NCBI GenBank assembly: GCA_951406725.2
Contig: OX597824.1
Location: forward strand, 72,044,001 to 72,108,000
DNA: 64,000 nt
Source: Octopus vulgaris
Taxonomy: Eukaryota
Direction: 5' to 3'
The position numbers were made by a program, and so were the translations under genes. Position 1 is the stretch's first letter, and the number at the start of each line of letters is the position of its first letter. The notes below the pieces were generated by a model. The model had not been told where the DNA came from, searched no databases, and saw only the letters and a list, made by a program, of their open reading frames with translations. Positions 11,941 through 25,122 of this stretch are shown here, one piece after another.

Positions 11941-12165
11941 GTCATTAGACTGTAGCCATGCAAGGACACCACGCTGAAGAAGTTTTAGTTGAAAAAATCA
12001 ACCCTAGAACTTTGTTTCAAAGCCTAGTACTTAGTCTATCAGTCTTTTTTGCCGAACTGCTAGGTTATGGGGACATAAACCAACACCAGTTGTGTAGCAG
12101 TCGTGGGGGACAAAGACACACACACACACATACATATATAATGGGCTTCTTTTAGTTTCCATGTG
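11937..12165 (-). mobile_element. SINE family A, 3' half, tail-to-tail with the preceding copy
   Basis: ttcagtcattagactgtagccatgc...; separated from 11497-11908 by a short (TA)n. Confidence 0.8.
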
Positions 12166-12555
12166 CCGAATTCAATTGCAATATACACAAATGGTGATTG
12201 GCAGAGTCATTAGTGTTAGATAGACTGTATTGTATTGCAGCATTCATTCTGATAGTCTGTACTCTGAGTTCATATGCCACTAAAATCTCTTTGCTTTTTC
12301 ATCCTTTTGGGGTCGATGAATAAAGAACTAGTCCTGTATTATGGTTGACTGTTCTTTGTCTGTGTGTCTGTCTCCCTACATTTCTGTAAGAAACTAGCTG
12401 TGTTCAGACCTGGAGAAGGATGGGCTCTGCCATGTTTAATAATATCCAAAACACTGCTGTGTCAGGATCATCCCTCTATGACTCCATCTGGAGGTGAGGG
12501 TGTGTACACACACACACGCGTGCGCACACACACACACACACACACACACACGCGT

Positions 12556-12615
<60 letters not shown>

Positions 12616-13825
12616 CAATACTGTATTTTATATTTAGTTTCTAATGTATGCAAATATGTGTAGATAATTTTATGTACAGCTGTGTTTGTGTGTATGCATA
12701 TGTATATAAATGTATGTTTAAGTGCATATATATATATATATATATATTGTGTGTGTGTGTGTGTGTGTGGCTGTATGTGTATGTTATCACTGCTCTTACC
12801 AAATACTCTACTGATCACTTGCTACAACTCCTTTAATAATAATATTAATAACAATATAACAACCATCCAAAATCTTTTGGGCTTCCTTAATTTTTTTTCC
12901 TTTTGTAGACTGTTTTCTCTGTTTGAAGGCACTTAAGGAATTTACCCTACTCAACAGATTCTTTTTTTTTTTTTATCTTGTTGGAAACAAACGCCCATGT
13001 ACGGACACTGTATCTCACACAGACTAATGGGAGAAACTGCTCAACATGTTTTTTCTTCCTATTTTAGGAAACTGCTTTTTTGCTACAGACTTCCATTTCC
13101 CCAACCATGCAATCAGCCACCCATATATATATATATATATACAAGTACTTCACAGACACAAACACATACCACACTCACATACATACAGCATGACAAATTT
13201 ACACAAACATAGTTAACCATACTTTAAGTAACTACATTTGTTTCTGTATGTGTACATATGTGTATGTTTTTGTGAATGTGTATATAAATATTTGAGTATG
13301 TGTGTGTGTGTGTGTATTCTACTGTGTATTTACTGCATGTGTTTATGTCTATATTTACATGTATGTAGAGTTTTCTCTGTAGACCTCCTCCCTGTGATGT
13401 CAGTCTGATACCCCCACCTTATTTCACCCCACTATGTCACTCTCTATTTCCGAATTCTCAAGTTTTATTCATTTCCAAATAGTCTATTCTTGTTGTCTTT
13501 TATTTAGATTATGCAGCATTAAGATTAAAAACATTCCGTCCATGACAATCCCATTTTGTTTATCTAGGACTGCAATAAGTAATGCGCTTTATTTCTAAGA
13601 AAGCAGGATGTGGTTTGATAGAGATTTGGCTGCTATCACTAGCAGGATGAATGACCACTTAGAGCCTCACTCATTATTCTAGTTGTTGTTGATAATGGTC
13701 GTGATCTTGTTTGATCAAAATCTTCTGTTTTTGGTTGCACCTACTTCATGGTAATTATTAGTTTGCGAAAGATGACAGCAGTAATTGGGACATAACAGGG
13801 TCCCACTGCCATATATACATACATG

Positions 13826-13870
<45 letters not shown>

Positions 13871-14279
13871 ACATGTGTGCGTGTATGGGTGATAGATATT
13901 TAAGTATTGTGTGTGTGTGTGTAAAAATGTCATGCACATATTACCATCCTTATCATCATTATTGTCAGTGTTCGGTGACCTGGGTTGGACTGTTTCATAG
14001 GATCGACGGTTTCAAAGACTGGGTTGTGCTTCAGTGTCTGCTTTGGTAGGGTTTCTTTGGCTGGATGCCTTTCCTCATGCCCACTAATTTACAGCATGTA
14101 CTAGGTGCTTTTTTTTTTACCCTTGCATTACTGAGGACATCATGCACCTTTCAAGACTAAGATCCCCTTTGGCTGAGAGGGGCTCCAATAGAGAGGAAAG
14201 CAGTGTTATACTAGGAGATTAGGGGTTAAAGTATGAGAGAAGAAACTAACATACATGAATATATGTGTGTGAATGTATG

Positions 14280-14319
<40 letters not shown>

Positions 14320-14739
14320 ATGAAGACAATGTTGCATAGAGAGGAATCTTTGGTTTGCTGGGGGTATAACAAACCCTCCACAGTTGGCACCATGTATGTT
14401 ACAAGGCACTCATTGTGTCCTGTAAAGTGGTTGATGATAGAGCATCCACTTAGTAGAAACCATATCAGAAATGAAACTTGAGCGAGATGTGGTCCTCAGC
14501 CAACCAAGGAGGGTAGTAACTCCAAATAAGAACTGTCTTGGACCATGATGACTTTTCCAACTGATGTCAGAGCATCAGTTACCTAGTTCAGGATTTAGCT
14601 CTCCTGCCAGTCTCAGATGGTCCATGAAGGGTCATGGGCACTTCCTTCTATCTTGACTTTTAAATATAAAAAAAACGTGTATGCAGCTATCCATACTCAA
14701 TGACACATTTCACACACACACACACACACACACACATTT

Positions 14740-14950
14740 TACTGTAGGCACAAGGCCTAAAATTTGGGTGGCAGTGGCTTGTCGATTACATCAACCCCAG
14801 TGTTCAATGGGTAGTTATTTTATCAACCATGAAAGGATGAAAAAGCCAAGTGGAAATCGGCAAAATTTGAATTGAGAACGTAAAGGTGGAAGAAACGTCG
14901 CTAAGTATTTTGTTCAATGTGCTAACAATTCTACCAGCTCATCACCTTAA
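14740..14950 (-). mobile_element. SINE family D
   Basis: taggcacaaggcct...gaaaggatgaaa...aatttgaa...gctaacaattctaccagctc. Confidence 0.75.
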
Positions 14951-16003
14951 TATTTGCATTAATATAAAACTAAATTTACATGCTTAGGTGCTTGTAGGTC
15001 ACATGATAAAAAGGGGGAGAGAGAGCTGATTGTAGTGATCATTGTTATAAGAGTTGTGCCATGTTGTAGCGTTGCTGGAGTTGATATCCTTTGATGTGTA
15101 GTGTTGTGGTGTGCCAGTAGTAGAGGAAGTAGGCCAATTGGAATTTCAGCAACATCTGAAAGAGATCAGTTAGGGAAATGAAGAATGTGTGTGTGTGTGT
15201 ACGTGTGTACTCACAAATATCTATTATCATCATCATTTGATAAATACATATATATAGAGATAGATAGATAGATAGAGATATAGATAGAGATATAGAGATA
15301 TAGATAGAGATAGATAGATAGATAGATATAGATATATACATACACCGATATATATACTCTAGCATGTTACTCGCCATACTTTGAAAGTACACTTTTGCCA
15401 CCATGGGTAATATCAGGAAATATGGCATACATACAATCATTATAATCTTTTATTTTACTTGTTTCAGTCATTAGACAACAGCCTTGCTGGGGCACCACCT
15501 TGAAGAATTTTTCAATTTTTATTGAATTTCTTGTGCTTGTACAAAATGGCGAAATGAATGCTAATTTTCAAAATTAAATAAAACAAATATCTCATTTGTA
15601 TATTTGCAATAAATGTTAGTTTTCTAAATTTTACCAACTTAATCACTATCTACTCCATCAAAAACCTACCACTGCAAAATTTCTTTTTAAAAATGTGTGT
15701 CATTAATTCTCTCTCTGTCTAACTTTTACACTCTTTTCCCTCTGTACCAGCAGTTCTCAACCCTGTCTTTCAGAGACACATGTGTCTCTCAAGCAGCCTT
15801 CTGGTGGCCCCCAACCTTTTTTTTAAAAGGAATAAAAATTCCTTATTTAGTAAGTTCTTACAGATATTCAGAAATACTGGTACCAAAATGAAAATATTTT
15901 TGAAAAATAACAAATATGGGTTCATCTTCAACTGAAATTGCACTGTTTTCACTCATTCACTGATTCAAGCTTGTGATGACTTTAGCATAGACACATCAAC
16001 ATA

Positions 16004-16931
16004 ACCAAGGCATTCTATAGGGGATTAGTGGAGGGGAGGTACAACGACGATCTCTGGGTGAACCGGGGCGTCGATGAGGATTACCTGACCCACCTGTTCA
16101 AGACGACTTTCGGGCTGGGACCTATGGACAACTTCCAGTGATCCCTGACTTGGCAGTGCTATCGAGAAGCGCTACCCGTTCAGGATAAGCTCGAGAAACA
16201 CGGGGCCGACCTGCCCAAGATGCAGTCAGAGTGATGAAACCATTCTGCACACACTCATACAGTGTCCAACCATTTCTGACCTGTGGGCCTATGTTGAATG
16301 ATTGCTATCACGTGTGGGACAAGTCGGTTTATCAACTGAGTCTATCATGAATATTGTCGCGCCTCCTTCCTTGGAATGGGAAGGAAGAGTCATTTTCATC
16401 CTACTTGTGGCTATGGTGAAAGAATGTGTATGGTGGATGCATCTGAAAGGTCTAGAGACAAACACTTTCCTCTCTGGTGAATCTTCTTGAAGAGGAAGGT
16501 GAGAGTAGAGAGGGAAGTTTTGTCTAGTGAATGTTTCAAAAAAAGATGGGTGAATGTAGCAAGGATGGCATGTGTGAATGACAAAGACACCTTGAGCATA
16601 ATCCTATGGACCCCAAAAAAGAATGGAAAAAGGAGAGTCACTTACCGTAATGTGTTTTTTTGCATGACGTTATTTCCCGAGGTTACTGTGGTCTTTTCTG
16701 TAGGCTTTTCTTTCCACAGATAAACCTAATCTTCCCTTTTTACACTGACATTTCTGTGATACACAATCCCTATTGATTGACTTTTAAAAAAAATTTTTTT
16801 TAATAATCCCTTTTGATCAAATTTTTACTCCCCTCTTTTTTCTTCTTTTTTTCCTTCTTCTCTTCCCAAAAAGAAAAGCTCTACTTTGTATTTTGTCCCC
16901 TTTGTGTTCAGCCCTGTGTGGGCAATAAACA
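16004..16931 (+). mobile_element. 5'-truncated Tx1/L1-clade LINE 3' end (zf-RVT relic plus 3' UTR)
   Basis: LTWQCYREALPV and CPRCSQSDETILHTLIQCP (from 16212), then KECVWW and FKKRW; T-rich UTR with AATAAA at 16924-16929. Confidence 0.85.
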
Positions 16932-17011
16932 TATCTATCTATCTATCTGTATCTATCTATCTATCTATCTATCCGTATCTATCTATCCGTATCTATCTAT
17001 CTATCTATCTA

Positions 17012-17050
<39 letters not shown>

Positions 17051-17253
17051 ATATCTATCTATCTATCTGTATATCTATCTATCTATCTATCTGTATATCT
17101 ATCTGTATATCTATCTATCTATCTCTATCGATATATCTATCTCTATATCTCTATCTATCTCTATATCCTATCTCTACATTTCTATCTATCTCTACATCTC
17201 TATCTATCTCTACATCTCTATCTATCTCTACATCTCTATCTATCTCTACATCT
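16932..17253. repeat. (TATC)n microsatellite grading into an 18-bp higher-order unit
   Basis: Direct reading; tctctacatctctatcta is repeated at the 3' end. Confidence 0.95.
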
Positions 17254-17914
17254 CTGTCTTTCTCAATCAATCATATTATTTGGGAGTGGTATATTTGCAG
17301 AAGAAGTAGATGTTTGCACAAAATGCCACCTGGTATTTAACTGATTTTTTTTGTGTGTGTGTTATGAGTTCTTCTTGTGGTCAACTTTGCCTTTTGTCCT
17401 TCCAGGGCGAAGAAAACCAGTACTTATCGACTATGTATTTTGTGTAATTGATGATATTATCTCACAAAATTTGGAATCTTTATAATACATCTGTTTGTTT
17501 CTAATTGATATAAGTATCAGCTGTTACTCACAAGCAAGTACAACTTAGAAGCCCTGCGCCATTTTTTAATGCTAATTGTTTTAGGTACCTACATAGTTAC
17601 AAGCAGACACTGACATCCTCTGAACCTTTCTGTCATTGACTTACTAGAACATCAGAATGTAACAGCTGGAGGGAGAGTAAGCTGCAGCCCTGGGCCAATT
17701 TTGTCTGTTTATTTACTGAACCTGAAAGGTTCAAAGGCAAAGTAGATCTCATCTGAATTTGATCTCACAGCACAGAATCTGATCAAATATCACGACATAT
17801 TCTATTCCATGCTATAACAAACTTTCCAATTGACCACTTTAGATATAATAGATATGAGTATAAATAATAGGGATAGACACAATAATATACATACATACAT
17901 ATATATATAATTTT

Positions 17915-18156
17915 AAAAATAAATGCGCCCCTTTAAAGCCTAGCCAGGTTCATGGGCCCGGTTTCCTGGTTTCAATGGTGTATGTGTTCCCCAGCTGGAC
18001 ATGACCCCAGTCCATCACAGTGTTACTCATTTTTGCCAGCTGAGTGGACTGAAGTGTTTTGCTCAAGAACACAACACATCGCCCAGTCCAGGAATTGAAG
18101 CCACAATTTTACGATCATGATGCTGACACCCTAACCACTAAGCCATGCGCCTCCAC
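17915..18156 (-). mobile_element. tRNA-derived SINE family B (Meta/V-domain-like)
   Basis: Minus strand GTGGAGGCGCATGGCTTAGTGGTTAGG...CAGTCCACTCAGCTGG...GATGGACTGG; copies at 54040 and 54673. Confidence 0.88.
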
Positions 18157-18429
18157 ATATATATATATGTTTAGTGAGAGAGAGAGATAGTTATGGTCTT
18201 GTGGCCTTTTTTCCCTCCATTTTGAAAAGAGGTTATAAGCCACCAGCCATTAATTTTTGATGAGACATATGTAAAGCTAAGCATTTTATGGATGCAAAAT
18301 CCTGGCTAACCCTATGAACTGGCCATAACTATCTTTTTCAAAATACTCTACTGCTCTATAACTTAGAGTATGCTTCTCTTTCAGATTTATGGTTTACTGA
18401 CAGTATGTATGTATATGTGTGTGTATATA

Positions 18430-18551
18430 TCATCATCATCATTTAACGTCCGTTTTCCATGCTAGTATGGGTTGGACGATTTTGACTGAGGGCTGGCAAC
18501 CAGATGGCTGCACCAGGCTCCAGTCTTGATCTGGCAGAGTTTCTACGGCTA
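18430..18551 (-). mobile_element. Family E RTE-tail fragment
   Basis: Reverse complement of 1-99. Confidence 0.8.
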
Positions 18552-18744
18552 TAATTAAGAGAAATAACCTCTATTAAGTAATTCAATAGTGAAAGACATT
18601 ATCTATATTATATAGAAATAATTTAAATATACTTTAATAATTATTCAAATAATCACTAAATTATATAAACATTAAATTGACTACGCATGTTTCGTGACTA
18701 TATCTTTAAATCGATATATATATATATATATATATAGTGTATGT

Positions 18745-19040
18745 GAAGGCGTATTTGGGTATTGGGTTCATGATTGCTAAGCTTTTGAGTTTATTACCCA
18801 GTAGTGCATTGTGTTCTTGAGCAAGACACTATTTCACATTGTTCCAGTCCACTCAGCTGAAAAAAAAAACCCAAATAGTACCCATAATTCAAAAGGAGTC
18901 AGCCTTGTCACATTTTGTTTCATGTTGAATCTCTCTGAGGACTACGTTAAGGTTACGCTTGTCTGTGGAGTGTCATGATCAGGCCGGTCTGTTGATCGTA
19001 TCAGTTGGAATCCTTTTTGTTGTAACTGATGGAGTGCCAT
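18745..19040 (+). mobile_element. SINE with family-B-like head and a distinct 3' domain
   Basis: gtgttcttgagcaagacact...gttccagtccactcagctg; 3' domain shared with 56447-56608. Confidence 0.7.
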
Positions 19041-19714
19041 TATATAGTGCAGCAAAAATGAGTTTCTGTCAAGCCTCCTCCCAGAACTCCTCTTCTAACA
19101 CCTATCCTTGTAGCACTCTTGTAACTACTAGACTACTCACTCAGGTGCTGTAAAATGATATCATTTACCCCCACTACTTTTCACATCATCTCCTTATTAC
19201 TGTCCCTTATCACCTCTTCCCAGACCCTCTCCTATTTCCTTTGCTTCCTTGGAAATTGATATTCACTTTGACCATGCCTCTACCTGTGTGCTCTGTTCAC
19301 TATGTCCACCTCTGTCCCTTCTCTAACCATTTGTCACACTCCTTTCACACTCTTAGAATTATCTACTCGCCCTCTCTGTTCCTTTGTCCCTATTTTCATT
19401 CTTATATTAACCATGCACCTTGAGGGTATGCCCTCTCATCACTCTCTCTCTAGCTAGGAAAACCATGTACCTCCTCTTTAGTAAGACATCTTTATTCCTG
19501 CCCCATTATCATATTTCGCTTACCTCAATTTCTATATCCTCACTCATGTAAGGGTCCTTGCCTCGTGTGTTACTTGGTAACCTCAGCTGTGTCAATGTCA
19601 TGAAAAATGAATCCTGTGCACTCTGTAAAGTGTTTGGCATTAGGTAGGACATCCAGCTGCAGAGACCATGCCAAAAGCAAGCATTGGAGCTCATTGCAGT
19701 CCTCTGGTTCATCA

Positions 19715-20127
19715 GTCCATCTTGCTTTCCATGCTGGCATGGGTTGGACAGTTTGACATGGTGCTGGCCAGCTGGGAGCTGTCCAGACTCCTATTGTCTG
19801 TTCTGTTGTGCCAGGATTTCTATGGCTAACACCAATCACTTAACAGTGTGCTGGATGCTTTTTATGTACCACCAGCACAGGTGCATTAATGCAGCATTGG
19901 CATGGGAACATTTATGCAGCACCAGCATGGGTGCTTTTTATGTGGCACAGGCACCTGAATGGACAGGCTTGTATATGTGGAAGATAGCAATTTTAATTAG
20001 CTTGACATGTCTTAGGTACAGCAGATCACCACATCTCCTGGGCACTTGTCATTTCCACAGTGAGGCCCAGTGGCCAAAGATCCTTCCTCTACATTTCGTA
20101 CCATGTCTTCTCTGGTCTACCCCTTCC
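19715..20127 (-). mobile_element. RTE LINE 3' end
   Basis: Minus strand GRGRPEKTW...KDL relic followed by the family E tail. Confidence 0.75.
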
Positions 20128-20134
20128 ATATATA

Positions 20135-20355
20135 CTCTTTTACTTGTTTCAGTCATTTGACTGTGGCCATGCTGGAGCACCACCTTTAGTCGAGCACATC
20201 GACCCCCAGGACTTATTCTTTATAAGCCTAGTACTTATTCTATAGGTCTCTTTTGCCGAACCGCTAAGTTACGGGGACATAAACACACCAGCATCGGTTG
20301 TCAAGCGATGCTGGAAGGACAAACACAGACACAGAAATATGCTCACACACATACA

Positions 20356-20388
<33 letters not shown>

Positions 20389-20485
20389 GCACATATATGA
20401 CAGGCTTCTTTCAGTTTCCATCTACCAAATGCACTTACAAGGCTTTGGTTGGCCCGAGGCTATAGTAGAAGACACTTGCCCAAGG
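20135..20485 (-). mobile_element. SINE family A, lacking the head
   Basis: Similarity to 110-570. Confidence 0.88.
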
Positions 20486-20603
20486 TTACCTAAATAATAA
20501 ATCAAAGGCCCAGAATTGCATATGAATTTGTCTGGCAAGTACAGTGCATAAAACCCTTGACCCTCTGGTCTCTTATGACACTTTGCTGCTAAATTAGATA
20601 TAT

Positions 20604-20990
20604 AGGCACTGGTGTGGTTGTGTTGTAAGAAGTTTTTATTTCCCAACCACATAATTTTGAGTTGTCCCATTGTGTGGTGCCATAAGCAAGTATATTCTAC
20701 TATAGTCTCAAGCTGACCAAAGCTTTGTGAAAGGAATTGATAGATGCAAACTGAAAAAAAATTATGTGTGTGTGTGTGCATGCATGCGCGTTCGTGCCCC
20801 CATGACTACCTGACTACTAATATTGGTATATTTATGTCTGTTTAAACTTAGCAGTTTAGCAAAAGGGACTATCAGAATAAGCATCAGCCATAAAAAAAAA
20901 AGCACTGGGGGTGATTTGTTCAATAAATCCTTTAAGGCAGTGCCCCAGTATGGCTGCAGTCCAATGACTGAAACCAGTACAAGTTAAAAG
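20604..20990 (+). mobile_element. SINE family A, diverged
   Basis: Similarity to 21509-21929. Confidence 0.8.
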
Positions 20991-21003
20991 ATACACATGT
21001 ATA

Positions 21004-21046
<43 letters not shown>

Positions 21047-21470
21047 TTTGCAATTTACTGTAATAGTTCATCTATTTCACATCAGCGTCTTCAGTTTCCC
21101 ACCATAATTTTGTTTGTAATGCCTGAGATTTCACACTTCTTGTTTGCCTGCCTAAACCCCACCTCTCTCTGACTAACATAACATGACCTTAGGTGAATTT
21201 GTGTAAGTGAGTGTGTGTAATTTTCTGTATGTGTATATATGTGTTGATGTTATGGTTATTTATGTTAGGAAGAATAAGTAAACATTATCCATAAATAATC
21301 TTAGTTGGACACACCTCCAGCCATGACAATTTTGATATTTACACACACACACACTGTATTTAAGTATAAGCTGGGCCAAAAGTCACGAAATGTAACAATG
21401 CAGTTGGTGCAACCTGAAGGCACAAGATTACGCACACAGATGGCAATGTGTGTGTGTGTATGTATGTATG

Positions 21471-21508
<38 letters not shown>

Positions 21509-21510
<2 letters not shown>

Positions 21511-21673
21511 TGCAGGAGTGGCTGTGTGGTAAGTAGCTTGTTTACCAACCACATGGTTCTGGGTTCAGTCCCACTGCGTGGCACTTTGGGCAAGTGTCTT
21601 CTACTATAGCCTCGGGCCGACCAAAGTCTTGTGAGTGGATTTGGTGGATGGAAACTGAAAGAAGCCCGTCGTA

Positions 21674-21717
<44 letters not shown>

Positions 21718-21929
21718 TGTGTGTGTTTGTGTGTCTGTGTTTGTCCCCCTAGCATTGCTTGACAGCCGATGCTGGTGTGTTTATGTCCATGTTACTTAGC
21801 GGTTTGGCAAAAGAAGCCGATAGAATAAGTACTAGGCTTACAAAAGAATAAGTCCCAGGGTCGATTTGCTCGATTAAAGGCGGTGCTCCAGCATGGCCGC
21901 GGTCAGATGACTGAAACAAGTAAAAGAGG
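21509..21929 (+). mobile_element. SINE family A, full length
   Basis: Intact head, CORE-like segment and tail. Confidence 0.92.
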
Positions 21930-21935
21930 AAAAAG

Positions 21936-21992
21936 ATATATATATATATATGAGAATATATGTATCTGTATATGTGTTTGTGTGTGTGTGTG

Positions 21993-22029
<37 letters not shown>

Positions 22030-22098
22030 ATGTATATATATATATATATATGTGTGTGTATGTATATGTATATATATATGTGTGTGTGTGTGTGTATG

Positions 22099-22131
<33 letters not shown>

Positions 22132-22132
22132 A

Positions 22133-22229
<97 letters not shown>

Positions 22230-22243
22230 ATATATATATATAT

Positions 22244-22337
<94 letters not shown>

Positions 22338-22352
22338 ATATGTATATATATA

Positions 22353-22422
<70 letters not shown>
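21936..22422. repeat. Compound (TG)n/(TA)n microsatellite, ~490 bp
   Basis: Almost uninterrupted purine-pyrimidine alternation; source of several spurious ORFs. Confidence 0.97.
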
Positions 22423-23838
22423 CAAGAGGAAGTCAAAAATTATTCACACTTTCGCCATAACATATCTTTATTATTGTCACACCTCCTTTTGCGCATGTGT
22501 GCTTATAGTTGGTACTATTGTGGTCATGTGATTGAAATTTGAGCCTGATTGCGCCATTTTTCTTTCTGACTTTATAGTGTAAGAATGGCCACTCCACCAG
22601 CAATGTGCACTAAAGAACAAAAAGCTGTGATCTGATTTCTCTAGTTGGAAAGTGTGCCAGGTGCTGAAATACATTGGAGGCTTTTAGCACAATTGGTTAA
22701 TGCTTTCAACAGACTGGGCTGCCATGTGTGGGTGTAGTGGGTGTGCATTGTCATGCAACAACAAAACTTTCTTTGATAACACGCTTTGGCATTTGGTACA
22801 AATTACTGGCTTCTGTTTGTTGGCCAGCAAAGCTCTTTATCTTGCACTGTTGATCATACATTCCTTTTCCAGTTAGTCTTCCAGTATAAGCCCTTTTGAG
22901 TCCCCCAAAAGGGTTAGCATCACCTTTCCTGTGAAAGACTGGGTCCTGAATTTGTCACTGGCGAGCCAGGATTTTTTCACTCCATATTTTGTCTTTTGGA
23001 TTCGGCCTCTTTTAGTCTCTTTTTTTCTCTCTTTTACTTGTTTCAGTCATTTGACTGCGGCCATGCTGGAGCACCGCCTTTAGTCGAGCAAATCGACCCC
23101 AGGACTTATTCTTTGTAAGCCTAGTACTTATTCTATCGGTCTCTTTTGCTAAACTGCTAAGTTACGGTGACATAAACACACCAGCATCGATTGTCAGGCG
23201 ATGTTGGGGGACAGACACACATATATACATATACATATATACGACGGGCTTCTTTCAGTTTCTGTCTACCAGATCCACTCACAAGGCTTTGGTCGGCTCG
23301 AGGCTATAGTAGAAGACACTTGCTCCAGGTGCGACGCAGTGGGACCGAACCCGGAACCATGTGGTTGGTAAGCAAGCTACTTACCACACAGCCACTCCTG
23401 TGCCTATAATGATGAACACACATTTCATCTCCTGTGACTGTTCTGCTTGAAAATTCCTCACCCTCATTGTTGTAGTGATCGAGTAAACATTGACAAAATT
23501 CAAGACCTTTGCACTTGTGCTCTGCAGTAAGTCCTCTTGGCACCCGTCTTGCACAGACTTTATGGAAACGGCTCATTGTGAATAATTTTCAGCACCTGAC
23601 ACACCTTACTACCAGAGAAATTGGATCACTGCTCTTTGTTCTTCTTTGGTGCACATTGCTAGCAGAGCAGCCATGTTTACACTGTAAAGCCAGAAAGAAA
23701 AATGGCACGATCAGGTTCAAACTTTGATCATGTGACCACAATAGTACCAACTATAAGTACGCATGTACAAAAGGCAGTGTGACTATAATAAAGATATGTT
23801 ATGGCAAAAGTGCGGATAACTTTTGACTTCACCTTCTA
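22421..23838. mobile_element. Rearranged mariner (irritans-like) with two inverted 5' ends
   Basis: TA-flanked inverted termini; MATPPAMCTKEQ on + (ATG 22585) and MAALLAMCTKEEQRAVI on - (ATG 23674); internal minus-strand VCARRVPR, VTGDE and LLHDNA relics. Confidence 0.88.
23028..23405 (-). mobile_element. SINE family A inserted into the mariner relic
   Basis: Splits the transposase HHY / (P)ESKRQ motif. Confidence 0.9.
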
Positions 23839-23974
23839 TTAGTCTGACATTCTAACAAATCTGATAATAGCTATCATGCTATCACCATTGACCATATTTG
23901 TATATGTGTGTGTGTATGTATATATATATATACACACACATTTGTATATGTGTGTCTGTGTGTAGCTCAATATG

Positions 23975-24125
23975 TTTTTTCATTCTCTGTTTATTTCCTC
24001 TTATTCCTTTCTGTTGAGGAGTGTAGGCTCGAAACATAAAAGGCTTTTCCATTTTTCCCAAGCGTCAAACTAATACACTTGTTTGTTGTTCCCACACCTC
24101 TCTTTGTTTTTCTATAAAGTTCAAT
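23975..24125 (+). mobile_element. Penelope-like terminal repeat fragment
   Basis: Carries the hammerhead at 24006-24043; gagcgtc-aa-taa-ac segment is similar to 5700-5730. Confidence 0.6.
24006..24043 (+). ncRNA. Minimal type I hammerhead ribozyme-like motif
   Basis: CCUUU-CUGUUGA-G-GAGU(GUAG)GCUC-GAA-ACAU-A-AAAGG: stem I 5 bp, stem II 4 bp, minimal stem III; variant core CUGUUGA. Confidence 0.65.
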
Positions 24126-24160
24126 TCGTCCCCAGTCAAAAGACGCCTGTTGTTATGTCC

Positions 24161-24212
<52 letters not shown>

Positions 24213-24534
24213 GTTTTTTTTTAATGTATTTGTATTTGTGTAACATCGTCTGTTTTTCCGTCCTTGTTTTGTATACATTCGTTGCTTTTTTCCAAGGAAT
24301 CTAATGCTCTTAGCTTAGTTTTTCCTTGGGGCTGGCCAGATTGGAGCAATCTCAAGATTAATCAGCTGAAATTGTGAGGATGATCCAGTTCTTGACTGAA
24401 GATAAAAGCCTTCGAATGACTCATCCGTGTTTTTTTTGTATTGTCTATCTGGATGTTTTGTTGCCCCCTTTTGTATCACTTAGTTGTCTGAATGTTTTGC
24501 GTTCTTGTCCCATTTTGTATTTAATTTTTTTTGT

Positions 24535-24649
<115 letters not shown>

Positions 24650-24689
24650 TGAGATGTATATATCTATGTGTGTGTGTGTGTGGATAGGC

Positions 24690-24900
24690 TAGGTTCCAGA
24701 CCATATGGTGAGAAATGAAGTAACTGGACTAGAAGATCACCCAGAATTATTGTTGAGAGGAGTATGTGTTCTGGAGAGAAGTGAGAGCTAGCAGGGTCAT
24801 TTTGGAGAAGACGGAAGTGTTGTGCAATGTTATGCTGGAGGGGTTGAGCAGCAGGGTTGACAGTGGAGGGTAAGGGAAGATTGGTTTTGTGATGAATTGA
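24690..24900 (-). pseudogene. Penelope-like ORF relic (linker between RT and GIY-YIG)
   Basis: NPAAQPLQHNIAQHFRLLQNDP...DLLV resembles the PLE linker (xHPxxxxLxxIxxxHFxxLQxDP...DLLV). Confidence 0.6.
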
Positions 24901-25122
24901 ATAAACAGCAGGCAGTATGGTCAGTGGTGATAGCATGATAGCTGTCAGATTCATTGGAATGTTAGACAAAATATCTTGCTGCATTTGTTCTGATTCTTGC
25001 TGCTCTGAGTTCAAATCCTACCGGGGTCAACTTTGCCTTTCTCCCTTTTAGAGTCAATGAGAAACAAAAGTACCAATCCAAGGCTATGGATTGGTGGAAC
25101 TGTAACAGTGTCTGATTGGATG

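Noticed and set aside
21874-22542. Long ORFs (up to 219 aa) of HT/YI/CV repeats, and many similar ORFs across the window
   Set aside because: Translations of (CA)n/(TA)n/(TG)n microsatellites, open in several frames on both strands.
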